A stretch of 20,000 nucleotides of DNA from Welwitschia mirabilis (lineage: Eukaryota). The stretch covers positions 10,371,595 through 10,391,594 of the forward strand of contig JBOZIK010000001.1 in NCBI GenBank assembly GCA_051453625.1, in the 5' to 3' direction. The position numbers were made by a program, and so were the translations under genes. Of this stretch, positions 1 through 11,759 are shown piece by piece. The notes under the pieces were generated by a model. It saw nothing but the letters and a program-made list of their open reading frames with translations, did not search any database and had not been told where the DNA came from. Position 1 is the first letter of the stretch. The number at the start of each line of letters is the position of its first letter.

Positions 1-284
1 GATCTCTTAAATGATTTATTTTGGATGAGGTAGAATCTTGTAGCTTAAAGTCAAAAGTTTCTCTTTTGGGCATTTGTAAAATTTTTGAGTAGCCTTTAAT
101 CTTTCAAATATTGTATTGTGTTATCATGTTATGCCATTCATCTCTTTGGATTGCATTCTTAATGATTCTTGAAAATTTTCTTGTTGAATATTCATGATTC
201 TTTTGGCTTGTTGATCTTACAATTAGCTTTCATTGACTTTGATCATTTTTACAAAGTTATTCATCTTGGCATCATCGAAACAAT

Positions 285-670
285 AGTTGGTAAGGCTTGC
301 AAGATAATTTTTGGTCGTATTTTTTTCCTTCCCGTAATGTTGATTCAATTTCACAATTTTCTTCTTGTAATAATTTCTTCTTAACTTTGTCCAAATATTG
401 TTGGAGAATTTTGATTTATAGTCATATATCCCTATCACTGGATTACCCATTAGTTGTGAATCTCTTATAATCTTTAAGTTGTGAAGTCTAGACTGAATGA
501 AAATGTTGAGACTCTTAATAAGATTTCATACTCTGTTGTGTTATTAGTGCATGAAAACTTGAATTTTAAGTGTCATTGGTATGCAATATTGATCATTAAA
601 GAAGAACATGGGTCTAGTGGATCCTTATGTTAATTTTTGGCTCCATTAAAATACATATATGTGTCCCATT
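285..670 (-). pseudogene. Additional archaeal-type RNase H (aRH) domain remnant
   Basis: MYFNGA (639-656, compare WxMYFDGA), FSCTNNTTEYE (~526-558), RDSQLMGNPVIG (compare GDSxLVxxQVxG), and KNTTKNYLASL (compare NxxADxLA). Confidence 0.85.
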
Positions 671-769
671 GTTTCTTTTCTTCTAGAAAGTAGATTTATT
701 TATCTTGGAATTCTTCTTTATTAATTCCATTTAATTATCATGACTCTTTTGTGGAGGATCTACAATTTG

Positions 770-1130
770 GTCAACTATGCATGTCCCTTTGATTAGTTTT
801 TATGATTGGAAGTCTAGATCGAATTCTGCTAGCAAAGATAATTATGCGGTTAACCTTGTGCTTCCAATTAAGAACTCTAATAAACATTTTAGGTCATTTT
901 ATCACTAACTACAATGGTTTTATTCCCAATCATGTAATGTCTAAATTTTTGAGAGGCAAAGACTAAACCTAAACATGTCTTTTGAAGTTAGAATAATTCT
1001 TTTGGTATTGATGTAAAGTCCAACTAATATAATATATGGGTTTATCCTTAAGATCTCAATCTCTTTGGAAAATCATTGCACTGATTGAATATGGAGTATG
1101 AGCCAAATAAAGATGGAAGGGTTGAGTTGA
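770..1130 (-). pseudogene. Native gypsy RNase H (degenerate/tether-type) remnant
   Basis: PFHLYLAHTPYSISAMIFQ...PIYYISWTL...NYS...KTCLGLVFASQKFRHYM...LLAEFDL, read across a frameshift. Confidence 0.85.
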
Positions 1131-2100
1131 TTGAAGAGGGCTTAGTCTAGGTAGTGAACTCAATTATTTTAATCTTATCTAAGGATTCTTAACATTTTTT
1201 GTCTTATCAAAATTCAGAATTTTTCTTCAAAAGATGCATAAATGGCTTACATTTGTTTGTTAATATTGTGATGGATCTCTTTACTAATTAAAAATGCCTT
1301 TGTAAATATCTCACATCTTTTAGATTTCTAGACGATGGCATGTCAATGATTTCTTTGAATTTTTTGATATCAATTTCAATTCCTCATTTTGAGACAATGA
1401 AGCTTAGAAATTTTCCATATTATACTCTAAAGACACATTTTTTTAGATCTAGACATAAATTGTATTACCAGGTAATCTTAAATAATTATGAAAGATCTCT
1501 TGGATGTTGGCAAGCTTGATATGATTTAACAACTATGTCATGGACATAATCTTCAACTATTTTATGAATCATATTGTGAAGTATGTATGTCATTGCTCGT
1601 TGATAACTTTTAGCATTTCCAAGTCCAAAAGGCATCGTGACATGGTAGAGTAATTCCCATGGTGTGATGAAGGTTGTTTTATGTTGGTCTTCAAGATTGA
1701 TAAAGATCTAGTTGTATCCAGAGTATCCATCCATGAAGGATAAGAGTTTATATCCTATAGTATCGTTGACTAGGACCTTAATGTTGGGGAACAAATAATC
1801 ATCTTTCAATGTGACTTTGTTTATCTTGAAAGTCATAACATGTTCTTATACTACCATTTTTCTTTTTAACAATGTCCATGTTAGATGTCCACTTTGAATA
1901 ATCAACTGGACATATAAATCCTACTATTAATAATTGTTGGATATCATGTTTTACTGCTACAACGATTGTTGGATTGAGCTTTCTTACTCTTTGTTTGATT
2001 GATATTGAATTGGGTTTTAAAATGATGTTATGCACAATTATTCTCTTATCAATTCCTAGCATGTCTTATAGTACCATATGAAAATATGTAACTCGATCTT
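1130..2100 (-). pseudogene. Ty3/gypsy reverse transcriptase remnant
   Basis: MLGIDKRIIVH...GFICPVDYSKWTSN...VKKKNGSIRTCYDFQD (ORF 1799-2062), LSFMDGYSGYN (~1711-1743), KTTFITPW, MPFGLGNA, and DYVHD (YVDD with a D>H change, 1537-1548). Confidence 0.95.
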
Positions 2101-2810
2101 AGTTTGATTGGGCAATGATTTATTGATTTTGAACGATGTATTTGAGTCATTATTATCTATAAGAAGTGTGTTTTGACCTCTTGACATGTTAAGGAAGATT
2201 TTTACTTGGTCATTTTTAATTCTTTATTAGGTTTCATCATAGTGGGAATCTTTTATCAAAGGTAAGTAAATTTGATCCATGGAAAGATTATCATTATGTA
2301 ACAACAAAAGGCTTGTATTTAAATAACATAACAAAGACTCATTATTGAAATCGAATTTTAGGAATCCTCAAAATAAATTCTCCATAATAGGAATATCCAA
2401 CGATAATGAAAAGAGATTTATTATTAGGTAAAAATGTTATGATTTTAGAATATGTATATAGAACAAATATAAATATAAGGCTTTTAAAATATTTTATTTA
2501 AGGAGGGATTTGACAATACAAGAGCTTTTCGAAAGAATACAAACTTTTAGAACTTTCTTAAACTCCATAATTTCTTCTGTTGCATTCTGGACATTCATCA
2601 TTTGATTGTGCTAAGGCTCTAGAAGATAGAGCGTAGTAAGCTATGGAGCATTTAGCAATGGAGACACGGCTAAACAGAAGGTAAATAGTAAGTTACTTGC
2701 ATCGCTGGCCTTTTCCATTGTTGTCTTTTCTTTTTTTCTCCATTCTTTCTCTCGCTTAGGTTTTCTTCTTTCTTCATTTGGAAAATCTTTGGTCAATTTC
2801 AGTGTGATTC

Positions 2811-4990
2811 TTGCAAAAAGTAGGGATACACCATTATATTTTTGTTGTTAGAAGGATAAAATTATTTTCAGAGAATCAGATTTTGAGAAGTCTCCCTTTT
2901 TTTAGAATATTTTATAGATTTATAGTTTTAGCACTAGAATCAAATTTAGAAGCTTTGTTTGAACTTGAAATTTCTGTGTGTGCACAAATCAAGCCAGAGG
3001 AAGGCAAAGGAATTGTTGTTAAAATGAATATGGAAGCTGTTGATAAGACAAACAATCATGTTTCTGCATTTAAAGAGACATCTACAGCGGATGAAATCAG
3101 CATTTTGGGGGTGAAAACCATTTCAACTCCGGCTTATGTTAGTGGATGTTTAAAGTGATCGACCACGCATGCGTTTTGGTGGCAAAAAAGAGTTGAGGTT
3201 ATTAGTATTGAACTGAAAGAACGAAGAATTTATGAAGGTGAAATTTTAGAAGAATCAAGTCGAGGAAGCCAAAAGACATTCTACAGAGAAGACTTCGACA
3301 ATTTAGGTGTAACGGAATTGCTTGATTCTAAGCTTAGGTGGAAAAATGCCCTTGAAAGCACAGGTTTGATTGATCTAGTCCTTCACCCTTATGAACGAGT
3401 ATTGCACTCTCACATTATTTCCGAAATGGCTGACACTTACTTAGAAACGGATGACATCGTTAGGTTTACCTGGAATGGTCAATAGGTGAGGATTTCCATT
3501 GATAAGCTCTAGGAGGTTTTAGAATTAGGGATGGTGATTTACAAATTCAGAAGGGTGGAGAAGAAATTGTTACATTAATAAAAAAATAAAGTCTGCATAT
3601 TTTGGTTATAGATTAGGCAATTCTTGTAACTATGGAACTTTAATGAATATTTGTTGCTCGAGAATATTTGAAAATGATCGCCCAAACTCAGTTGGAGTAC
3701 CATTTTGGACTTTCAAAATTCTACATGATATAAGGAAGGTTTGTTTTCCGAATGGTGGACACGGTTGTGAGGAAGAATTTGTTGTACGTTATTGAGTTCC
3801 AAGAGAAGCCACAGCTATAAGCTATATCTTCCTATACGGTTTTCATTTGAATGCTCTATTTTTGATATTTTTGAGTCGAACCGATAGACTAAATAGCAGT
3901 ATTCCAGTCAAACGTAGTGGTATTTTTCTTGGCAAAACTTGGCAATAAGGGGATTAATTTGTTTCCTATTGAGGAAAGAGAAAATCGTGATCTTAAAAGG
4001 AAATCAAAATTGCAGTGTCCCATTGACGACTCTACAATTTTTTGTCCAAAGGAAACATTGGCTACAAAATTATTATCCCTTAAAGTTCGGAATTCAAAAT
4101 GAGAATCTGCAGCATGAGGATGGCTTTGATAACTTACAATCTACACTTTATAATTTAGAGTGCATTATTAAGATTGCTTGCACACATAATAAGTTAAATT
4201 ATTTTGGTGCATTTTTACTTTTCTTTAACAGTTGCTGTAAGATTTTGATTACTTTCAATTTTGATTACTAGATATGAACGTTATCACTTCAAGTTCAAAG
4301 GCCATTCCCTTAGAAGATATGAGAGGTATATTTCAATTTGCAATGTGAAGTTTTGTTTATTCTATTTATTTAGATTTGATTATGAGGATGAACTGGGAAG
4401 CTGCAGTTTGAGATGTGAAAGCGATCTTTAAAGGAGAGAAGCCTTCTTTCTTTTTGGTAGCTGATGCAGTAGAAGAATTGGAAATGAAATGGTAAGCATG
4501 GAAGAGTCACCTATCTAATCTAATCTTAGAAGACCAGAATCTGCAAATCTGTTCTTTTTTCAAAAGTTCATTGAGTGACCTTTTCTTTGTTCACAGGGCG
4601 ACTAATGGTTTACTGCTTAGGGGTAAGACTTTAAAAAAGGATTTAATTGAGCTTAGGTCAGAATTGAAGGATTCCCATATTAAAAACTTATTTTCAGGAG
4701 AAGAATGTGCAAAAATATGAAGCGGTCTGTGATGCTTCTGATGATAGTTCAAATTCTATAGAATTGAGAAAGGTTCCTAAATCTAATGCCTTCCTTCGAA
4801 AAGAAAATGCAATCTTGCTGAATCAAATCGAATAAAGGAATAATGAGATAAAGTGTTTTGTGTTAAAGTTGGAGTCAAAATTGGAACTTACTGGTGATCA
4901 TTCTATTAAGACGACCTCTATTGAAGTGGAGAATTTGCATTTTGGTGCCTACTTTGTGTCCATTGAAAGGTTTCAAATAAATAAATGAGA
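2811..4990 (+). pseudogene. Decayed ORF of unknown function, antisense to the gypsy element
   Basis: One frame runs from 2811 to ~3578 with only three internal stops (TGA 3156, TAG 3483, TAG 3510). Further coding-like fragments occur at 3917-4102 and ~4388-4990 (KKDLIELRSELKD, LRKENAILLNQIE). Confidence 0.55.
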
Positions 4991-5022
4991 TAGAGAGAGA
5001 GAGAGAGAGAGAGTGAGAGAGA
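4987..5022 (+). repeat. (GA)n microsatellite, imperfect
   Basis: GAGATAGAGAGAGAGAGAGAGAGAGAGTGAGAGAGA. Confidence 0.95.
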
Positions 5023-5285
5023 TTTAAATCTTGCACTTATTGAAAATGAAATTTTAATTTTTTTAGGTTAATTTTGATTTTTGTTGATGCTAATCTTGTT
5101 GTCTTGTGCAGAGTTGGCAGACATTTGTATGGGCATCACTGAAGGACACTTAAAATATTGTTCAAGCTTTTAGACTCTTTTCTTGCATTCTTTGATTGTT
5201 ATGTTTGATGTTTCCTTTAAAGTTTTATTTACCATGACACAATGGCTGTTCAAAACATTTGAGATCCTTTTTTAAGGTTTATTTG

Positions 5286-5464
5286 NNNNNNNNNNNNNNN
5301 NNNNNNNNNNNNNNNNNNNNNNNNNNNNNNNNNNNNNNNNNNNNNNNNNNNNNNNNNNNNNNNNNNNNNNNNNNNNNNNNNNNNNNNNNNNNNNNNNNNN
5401 NNNNNNNNNNNNNNNNNNNNNNNNNNNNNNNNNNNNNNNNNNNNNNNNNNNNNNNNNNNNNNNN
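5286..5464. other. Assembly gap (179 N)
   Basis: Run of N characters. Confidence 1.
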
Positions 5465-5829
5465 AAAATTTTTATTACCCTTTTTTGTGTGAATTTTATT
5501 AACATACATGATTTGGGATCAAGGATTATTTGTGAATTTTATATTTGGCCTTATTGGAATTTTTTTTTTGTTTTTATAAATTTGCCCTTTCTTTGTATAT
5601 TTTCAAGATTGGCAACTAATTATTGAACAGGCTTTTCTAGGTTCAATTCAACAATGGATGATCACGAATTGATCATATTTTAAAGGGATGTGAATCTTGT
5701 TCGTCAACATGAACTTGTAGTAATGGGATTAGGGATTGTTTGCATTTATCTTTTGTTGATGCACCTTTATCATGGTTGTCATTCATTTTAATCGTTGTTG
5801 GAATAGTTATACTTCTTTCGAATTGAACT

Positions 5830-6200
5830 CTTCTTTAGAATTATTGCTAGAGCTTATTGTTTGATTGGACAAGGAAATCATGGCTTTTGAATCATAAATC
5901 CAAGGTCTTTTCAATAGTAAATTAAATGATGAGGATGATTCCACAACATGAAATTGAGAATTCATGTCGTTCTTTCTATTTTCATTTCTAAACATATAGT
6001 TCCTATGGAAGATTTTTTTTTTTTTTTTGGTCATCAAATCTACTAATTGTAATAGCATTGCTCAAGTTCATTTGATCTTGTTGGAGGCAGTCTAAAGTAA
6101 CAAAATTTAATTTAGGCCCATAAGCAATGAATGATCTCTTAATTTTATTTTCACCAGTGTTGAGTATGATATAAAGAGGATTTCTCAATATCAATTTTCA
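5830..6200 (-). pseudogene. Gypsy aspartic protease remnant
   Basis: NPLYII...IKRSFIAYGPKLNFV (decayed LIDxGSxLN) and FHVVESSSSFNLLLKRPWIY (compare YNLLLGRPWIH). Frameshifted at the poly-T run ~6013-6028. Confidence 0.85.
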
Positions 6201-6599
6201 CAATATTGGGGACAACTCATTTTCTTGACAGGTGACATGATGTTCTTCTTTTAAGATATTTTGTACTGTTATCATGATGAGGTGTTCCTCTAGTTTCTAA
6301 TTTTGTTCAAAATAGACTTCTCAAAAGGCTTGTTTTTAATGAAAAAATTTGTTAGGTAACGAGATTAGATGATTTTTTGGCACTTTTGATAGTCTTAAAA
6401 TTTTGAGATTTTATTTCTAATTTTTTAAAGTTTCTTTTTGTTCTCTTCATGGATATGAGCTTCAACATCCCTATTTCTTTTGTTCATCACGAAGATTATA
6501 AATTGTTCACCCATAATATTGGCATTTTGAGGAGTTTTTGAAGAGGATGGATACTGCTTAGCTAATGGATTTCTAAAAATCTATAAGGCTTCATTATCG

Positions 6600-7950
6600 C
6601 CATTAGTGAATCCAATTTTAGGTCTTTTTTCCTAATTTCCAAAAGGTCCTAAGCAATATGTTTCAAATTTCAACAAGTTTTAGTACCATGACCATTTGTT
6701 TGGTGATATTAGTAATATTCATTTTGTTATACCTTTCTGGTTTTAAAAGGTTTGTGTCATATTGTTTTGGTTTCAATAATTTAATTACCCCTTTAGATAG
6801 AAGTGAAACAAGGATTTGAGATAAGGGGATATTGTTTTTCATAAAATTTCTCCACTTCAAGACAAGAAGAGGTTGAGTGAACAAGAAATTATTTTCCTTC
6901 TATTTGTAAGCATGGTAGCTAGAATGATTTTTCTTGATCCTTTTCAGTAGGTTATTTAATAAGTGAAGTGTTTTTAAATTTGATGTGATGTTTCTCTTGT
7001 TTAAATCTTTTTAAAACTTTAAATTGGATTTCTCAAATTTACTTTTTTTTTGTAAGACTCCCTTTTCTTTGCTTACGATTTTAATTTTTTTGCTAGCTCT
7101 ATTTCTTGTATCATACGTTTTCGTCCTTAAGTGTGTTGAAATGAATGGTATGCACGGTTTGATAAATAAACCAACCATGCCCTTGTTAGAGATGGAGTAC
7201 TTCACTTGTAAAGTAGTTATCTTCTATAATTGAACATAGCTAGTAATGCTTTCATTTGACTTTTGTCTCAATCTTGTCAATTTTTTTAGATAGATGAAAT
7301 GGGTTATATTTATTTCATATTGTTCAACGAAGGCTTCAAACATTAATTTCAAACTTCAAATGGATTGAAGAGGTAAACGGTGGTACTGTTCGAGAGTGTG
7401 CTTTGTTAAAGATTAGCAAAACAAATGACAAGCCATGTCTCAGTCAATTTTATGAATGGTGCAATTATGTGTGAAATTGTAGATGTGGATTTTGGATCTT
7501 CAAATCCTATTAATTCTTCAAATTCTAGGATCTTAGAGTGTGTTAAGTGCCTCACAGGAACTGATGGGTGAATTATGGTGTCTATAAGGCCTAAGTTGGT
7601 ACAAGGATTGACTTAGACTAAACATTCTTTTAGTGATTTCATAGTTTCTAGGAATTCACTTGAATCCAAAGTTCTAGTAATAGTTACGTATTGACATCGT
7701 TACATATAATACCTTTCCTTTATCATTGTTCTCATCTGTTTTGGGTTTAGATGAAAAAGGTTTTCTACAGTAAGCCTTTTCAACAACTTTGGTTGTTTTA
7801 GTAAGGTTAGTTTTAATTACGTTTACATTTCTTTATCATTATTATCAAAATCTTCGTTGTCGTCTTCATCTTTATCTTCCTCATAATTGTGCTTTTCATC
7901 ATCTTCTTCCATGTTAAGGGCCTGTTTGGCTTCCCTAAGGCCACATATGT
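6600..7950 (-). pseudogene. Gypsy gag remnant
   Basis: Acidic N-terminal stretch MEEDDEKHNYEED (~7913). Core EDPK..HIYNF...HLFC*SLTKHTLEQYHRLPLQSI*S...FVEQY (~7320-7530). PLSQILVSLLSKGVI, and a decayed zinc knuckle Y*YHQTNGHGTKTC*NLK (~6662-6717). Confidence 0.85.
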
Positions 7951-8949
7951 CCCATGATTCCAAAAGGGTTATCCAGTAATATTCGTAATTTGCCACCAGA
8001 CCTTTTTCAAAAGAGGTGGGATTCTATTTAACTAGAAGCTTCTATTTTGGATAATATTTGACTTTGGGACTACATGATTGGTTAATGAAATTCTTGAATA
8101 GGATAAGACTACACAAGGGATGTTATTGGGCATGCCAAAATAGTAACTTGACTTTGATTAACTTCATTAATTAGATTTTAGATATCTAATTTTTATATTA
8201 AATATAAACAAGATATTTCTTAAATCAGGTTTAGAAAAATACCTTTGACTTTTTTTGGAATAGAACAAAATGGCTTAGGTCTAAAGTATGGATCTTAAAT
8301 TTTCTGATTTAAAATCTAAAAATAACAAAAAACTCTTTAAGGAGTTCAAGAAATCAATTTTGGAGATCAATTTAAGTGCTCTAATGTTTTCAAAATTGAA
8401 AGAGACCTAATTTTTGCATGTATTTATAAAGGAAATAGTTTTAAAATGAAGTAAAATGTAGATCTAAAATAGTAAAATGATAAAGAACTAAAAGAAACAT
8501 TTAATCCATAAATTTGATAGGGATTTAAATTAATATAATTTCTAAAACAGGAATATTAGAATCTATTTTCTATAATCAGTTTTAAATCTAAAGAAAAATT
8601 AGATATTCAATATTTCAGAAAGAAAAATGATATTTTGGGCTAAAACCAAACTTAAAACAAAGAGACAATGATGTTGTACATATCATACTAGCATTTGATC
8701 AAAACCTAATTCCAGAGGAATTCTACAATTAGAATAAATCGATTGTAACCAGAATACAAGCATGGCAAAACCAAGGGCTACTGATTTTAGAATGGAAAAT
8801 AATCTTCTTAGAACTTAGCAAATCACTAGACAAAAGAGTAATAACCTTGAAAATAACTTTGACAAATTGAAACTAAATTTTATTGAATTTGAAAATTGAC
8901 TTACAAGTATTAACTACTTTTAGAAGGGAATCAATTGAGACTGAGAAGT

Positions 8950-10200
8950 TTTAGAACTCCACTTGTGATTTCCAAACTTTCAATTTGACAAGGATGCTGA
9001 TGGAATTACTTGGATTTGGTTTTTCACATCCTTGAAAGGAAGAATGAGGCGCTTTTATAAGGAAGCAGATGGAAAAAATCTCAAGAGTATAGGGGCTTCA
9101 TTAGATTTTGGTGGAGGTGGTTTGAGGTGGTTAGAGATTGACCAAATTGTTTGAGATGTATATCAAAAGACTCTTTGAATATGAATCTTTAACTTTTTTG
9201 AGTTCTTGACAACTATCTTCAAGAAGTCTATTATCAATAATAGTGTTACTGAAAACACAGTTTTTAGAATTCTATTTTTAAAGATGCGTTTCTGTTTTTA
9301 GAATTGAAATTATTATTTTTATAATCAAATAAATTATTTTTGACGATAATTAATAAATTTTCTTCATAGTACTTTTTCAGTTTCACCTTAGAAAGAGCCA
9401 TCTCATTTTCTAGCATATCAACATTATTATTAGCATTAAAAACATGTGAATCAGAATAGAGAAAAGCTTGATCTATTAATTTAAACCTCAACTTGGCTAA
9501 AAGTTCTTCTTCTCTCCTATTATCTGTAATAGGCTTTGCTTGTAAAAGCACCTTTTCTTTCGTTTTTTTCACTCATTCTTCTTACTCTAGATCTTAATCT
9601 CTATCATTGAAACTCTATATTGTTTACAATACTTACTCTCTTGTAAGCATGTAAAACATATTACTTTTTTCTTTCAATTGTGAAAAAATGTGTGCCTTCT
9701 CTTGAAATGAATAATTTTAAGTCTTCCTTCAATGGGCTTTGTTATTTCTCTAGCATTTTTTTTTATGTCCATCTATTACTTATTATAAATCCATGGCTTA
9801 GTTAAAAAAATGTGATAGCATCCATGAAAATAACGTTACATAGAACATAGCTTAGAAAACTTTCATTTCTAAGATCTATCAAAAGCTTTCTATCAATGCT
9901 TTTATTGAAGTGATTCTCAAGCCAACTCACCTTAGATGGGTTTGCTTGTGTTAATAATGGTAGCTCTAAACATGATGTTACATATTCTAAAATTAGGTTA
10001 TTTGATCCTTCACTATCCACTGTGGTGAGTGCTATGAGATACTTTGCACTTTATCCAAGACTTGAAATTCTCTTGTATTCTTTATTATAGATATAAGCTT
10101 GTACGTTTGAATTTGAGACTTCTTCTGAAATAATGAACTTATGTCCATATTCACTTTGGACTACTCTTTGAATTGTTTTAGATGCTTGTGTAACATGTGA
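8950..10200 (-). pseudogene. Decayed extra ORF upstream of gag (Ogre ORF1-like; PMD-like motif plus coiled-coil-like tail)
   Basis: ORF fragments 9802-10020 (SKVSWLENHF...ESFLSYVLCNVIFMD) and 9264-9572 (E/K/L-rich) on the same strand as gag, about 1 kb upstream of it. The family call is recognition by eye only. Confidence 0.45.
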
Positions 10201-10408
10201 ACTATTATCTTTTCAAATTGTAAAAATGCTTGTAAAAGCCTCATCTCTTCTAGATCTACCTCTTCTTCTTATCCTTCTGCACAACTATTTTTGTTGCATC
10301 ATGCTTTTCATTTAATTGCACATTTCCTTGATTTCATCTTTTTCTTTGAGCTCCATCTATTCTTTTATTCATCTTTCTATGCAGATCTTCCTTCACAGAT
10401 TTGTTCTT

Positions 10409-10420
10409 GCTCTAATACCA
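10409..10420 (-). promoter_or_regulatory. Degenerate tRNA-iMet PBS-like motif
   Basis: The reverse complement reads TGGTATTAGAGC, an 11/12 match to TGGTATCAGAGC through a C>T change. Confidence 0.55.
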
Positions 10421-11759
10421 TTAGCACATCTAAACAAAATCAAAAGAAAAGGAAACAAAAGCAAAAAACAAATTGCAAAAATTTGAAATATAGTTTAAAT
10501 GAAGCAAAAACCAAAAACTCCATTTTTCTTCTTTCTATTCCTTTCCAAAACCGTAAAATGTTGTGCATACCTTTTTTTCCTTCTATTACACATAGAAAAT
10601 TACATGATTTTAAATTGCTACAAAAAAATGAAAGGAATCTTATATATAGAAAATGAAAGAATTATTATTCATCTACTATAAATTACCATCTTTATTATAA
10701 CACATTCAAGGTTTGTAGAAAACCTAGGTTTCGTCATTTATTTATTTGAGTTTTATAGGTATTAAGTAATGGCTCTTACTTGTGTGTTGAATATCCATGT
10801 CATGTCACAAATAAATATATTTCCCTAACTAAATTATTAACTTTGGTGGTTTCTTAGTAGGCCAACATTGACAACTTTTTTTGCCCTATTTTCCTTTTCC
10901 TTTTCATAGCAACTTTAAGAAAATGGTGGAATCCTTTATAAAGAGGTTTGAAATGGGTGATGAAGACACAAAATAGTACTAAGGGATAAAAATCTTGAAA
11001 TAAACACATTTCTCACTATTGTTTTTCTTTTGTAGTGTTTTCCCCAAGAAATAAAGAGTCAAGTTTTGTTTTATTTATAATTCTTTATTATTTTTTAGAT
11101 ATCATCCTCTTCTTCTTTTTTTCCCCCTATAGAAACTAAACTTTTAAAAATTTGGAAAGGGAATGTGGATGTAGAAGATAATAAGAAAATCATTGTTCTT
11201 GATCTCAAATGAAAGAAATGTGCTATTTTAAGAAATAACATGTTCCTTAGAATTTTGTTATCAAATGAAATTTTTTGGTTAGTACACATGACACAAAAAA
11301 AAACTTAATGTGCATTAAAGTTATTCAAACATGGTGCATGCACTCACCAAAATTTTATAAACATGCTTATTTCAGTCTCTAGTCATAAGAATTTATTGTG
11401 TTTAACTTATAAGAACCTTAATTAAAATTTTATATGAATGACTAATACATGTGGAAATTGTAAATTCTAGGCTTTTAGTGCTCTCATGTATTAAATGAAT
11501 ACTTTAAATAATACACTTACGTTATTCATGTATTAAATGAGTTCCTTGTATAGTACATTTATCTTAGTCAAGTGCAAGGAACTCATGCACTGAGTTTTGA
11601 TTCTTATTTTCTAGATTCTAATTCTTGAAAGATAGTTATCATGTAAATGCCTAAAGTATACCCGCATGATTCTTTTTTTCCTCTATTTCTATCCCCTTAC
11701 ATGGAATATTTTTGAGTTTAAATCATGGTATGTTATTGACTTTTACTCATGGTGATATG

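Larger units (their letters stand above)
1..10200 (-). mobile_element. Degraded Ty3/gypsy retrotransposon, Tat group (Ogre/Retand-like); truncated by the window edge and interrupted between PR and RT
   Basis: Collinear minus-strand remnants of putative extra ORF, gag, protease, RT, RH and aRH. No LTRs were identified, boundaries are approximate, and continuity across the N gap is not proven. Confidence 0.75.

Noticed and set aside
169..384. Hydrophobic 71-aa + strand ORF
   Set aside because: Antisense shadow of the A-rich gypsy pol remnant.
5259..5509. Three ORFs spanning the N run
   Set aside because: Artefacts of translating an assembly gap.
7024..7233. 69-aa + strand ORF resembling a signal or membrane peptide
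   Set aside because: Lies antisense to gag; the hydrophobicity reflects T-rich composition.
10409..10420. Endogenous caulimovirus origin for the minus-strand Met PBS
   Set aside because: No movement-protein, coat-protein or caulimoviral RT motifs were recognised downstream; the RT present is Tat-type.
10291..10681. Overlapping + strand ORFs of 121 and 60 aa
   Set aside because: Low-complexity F/K-rich translations over LTR-like sequence, with no recognisable domain.
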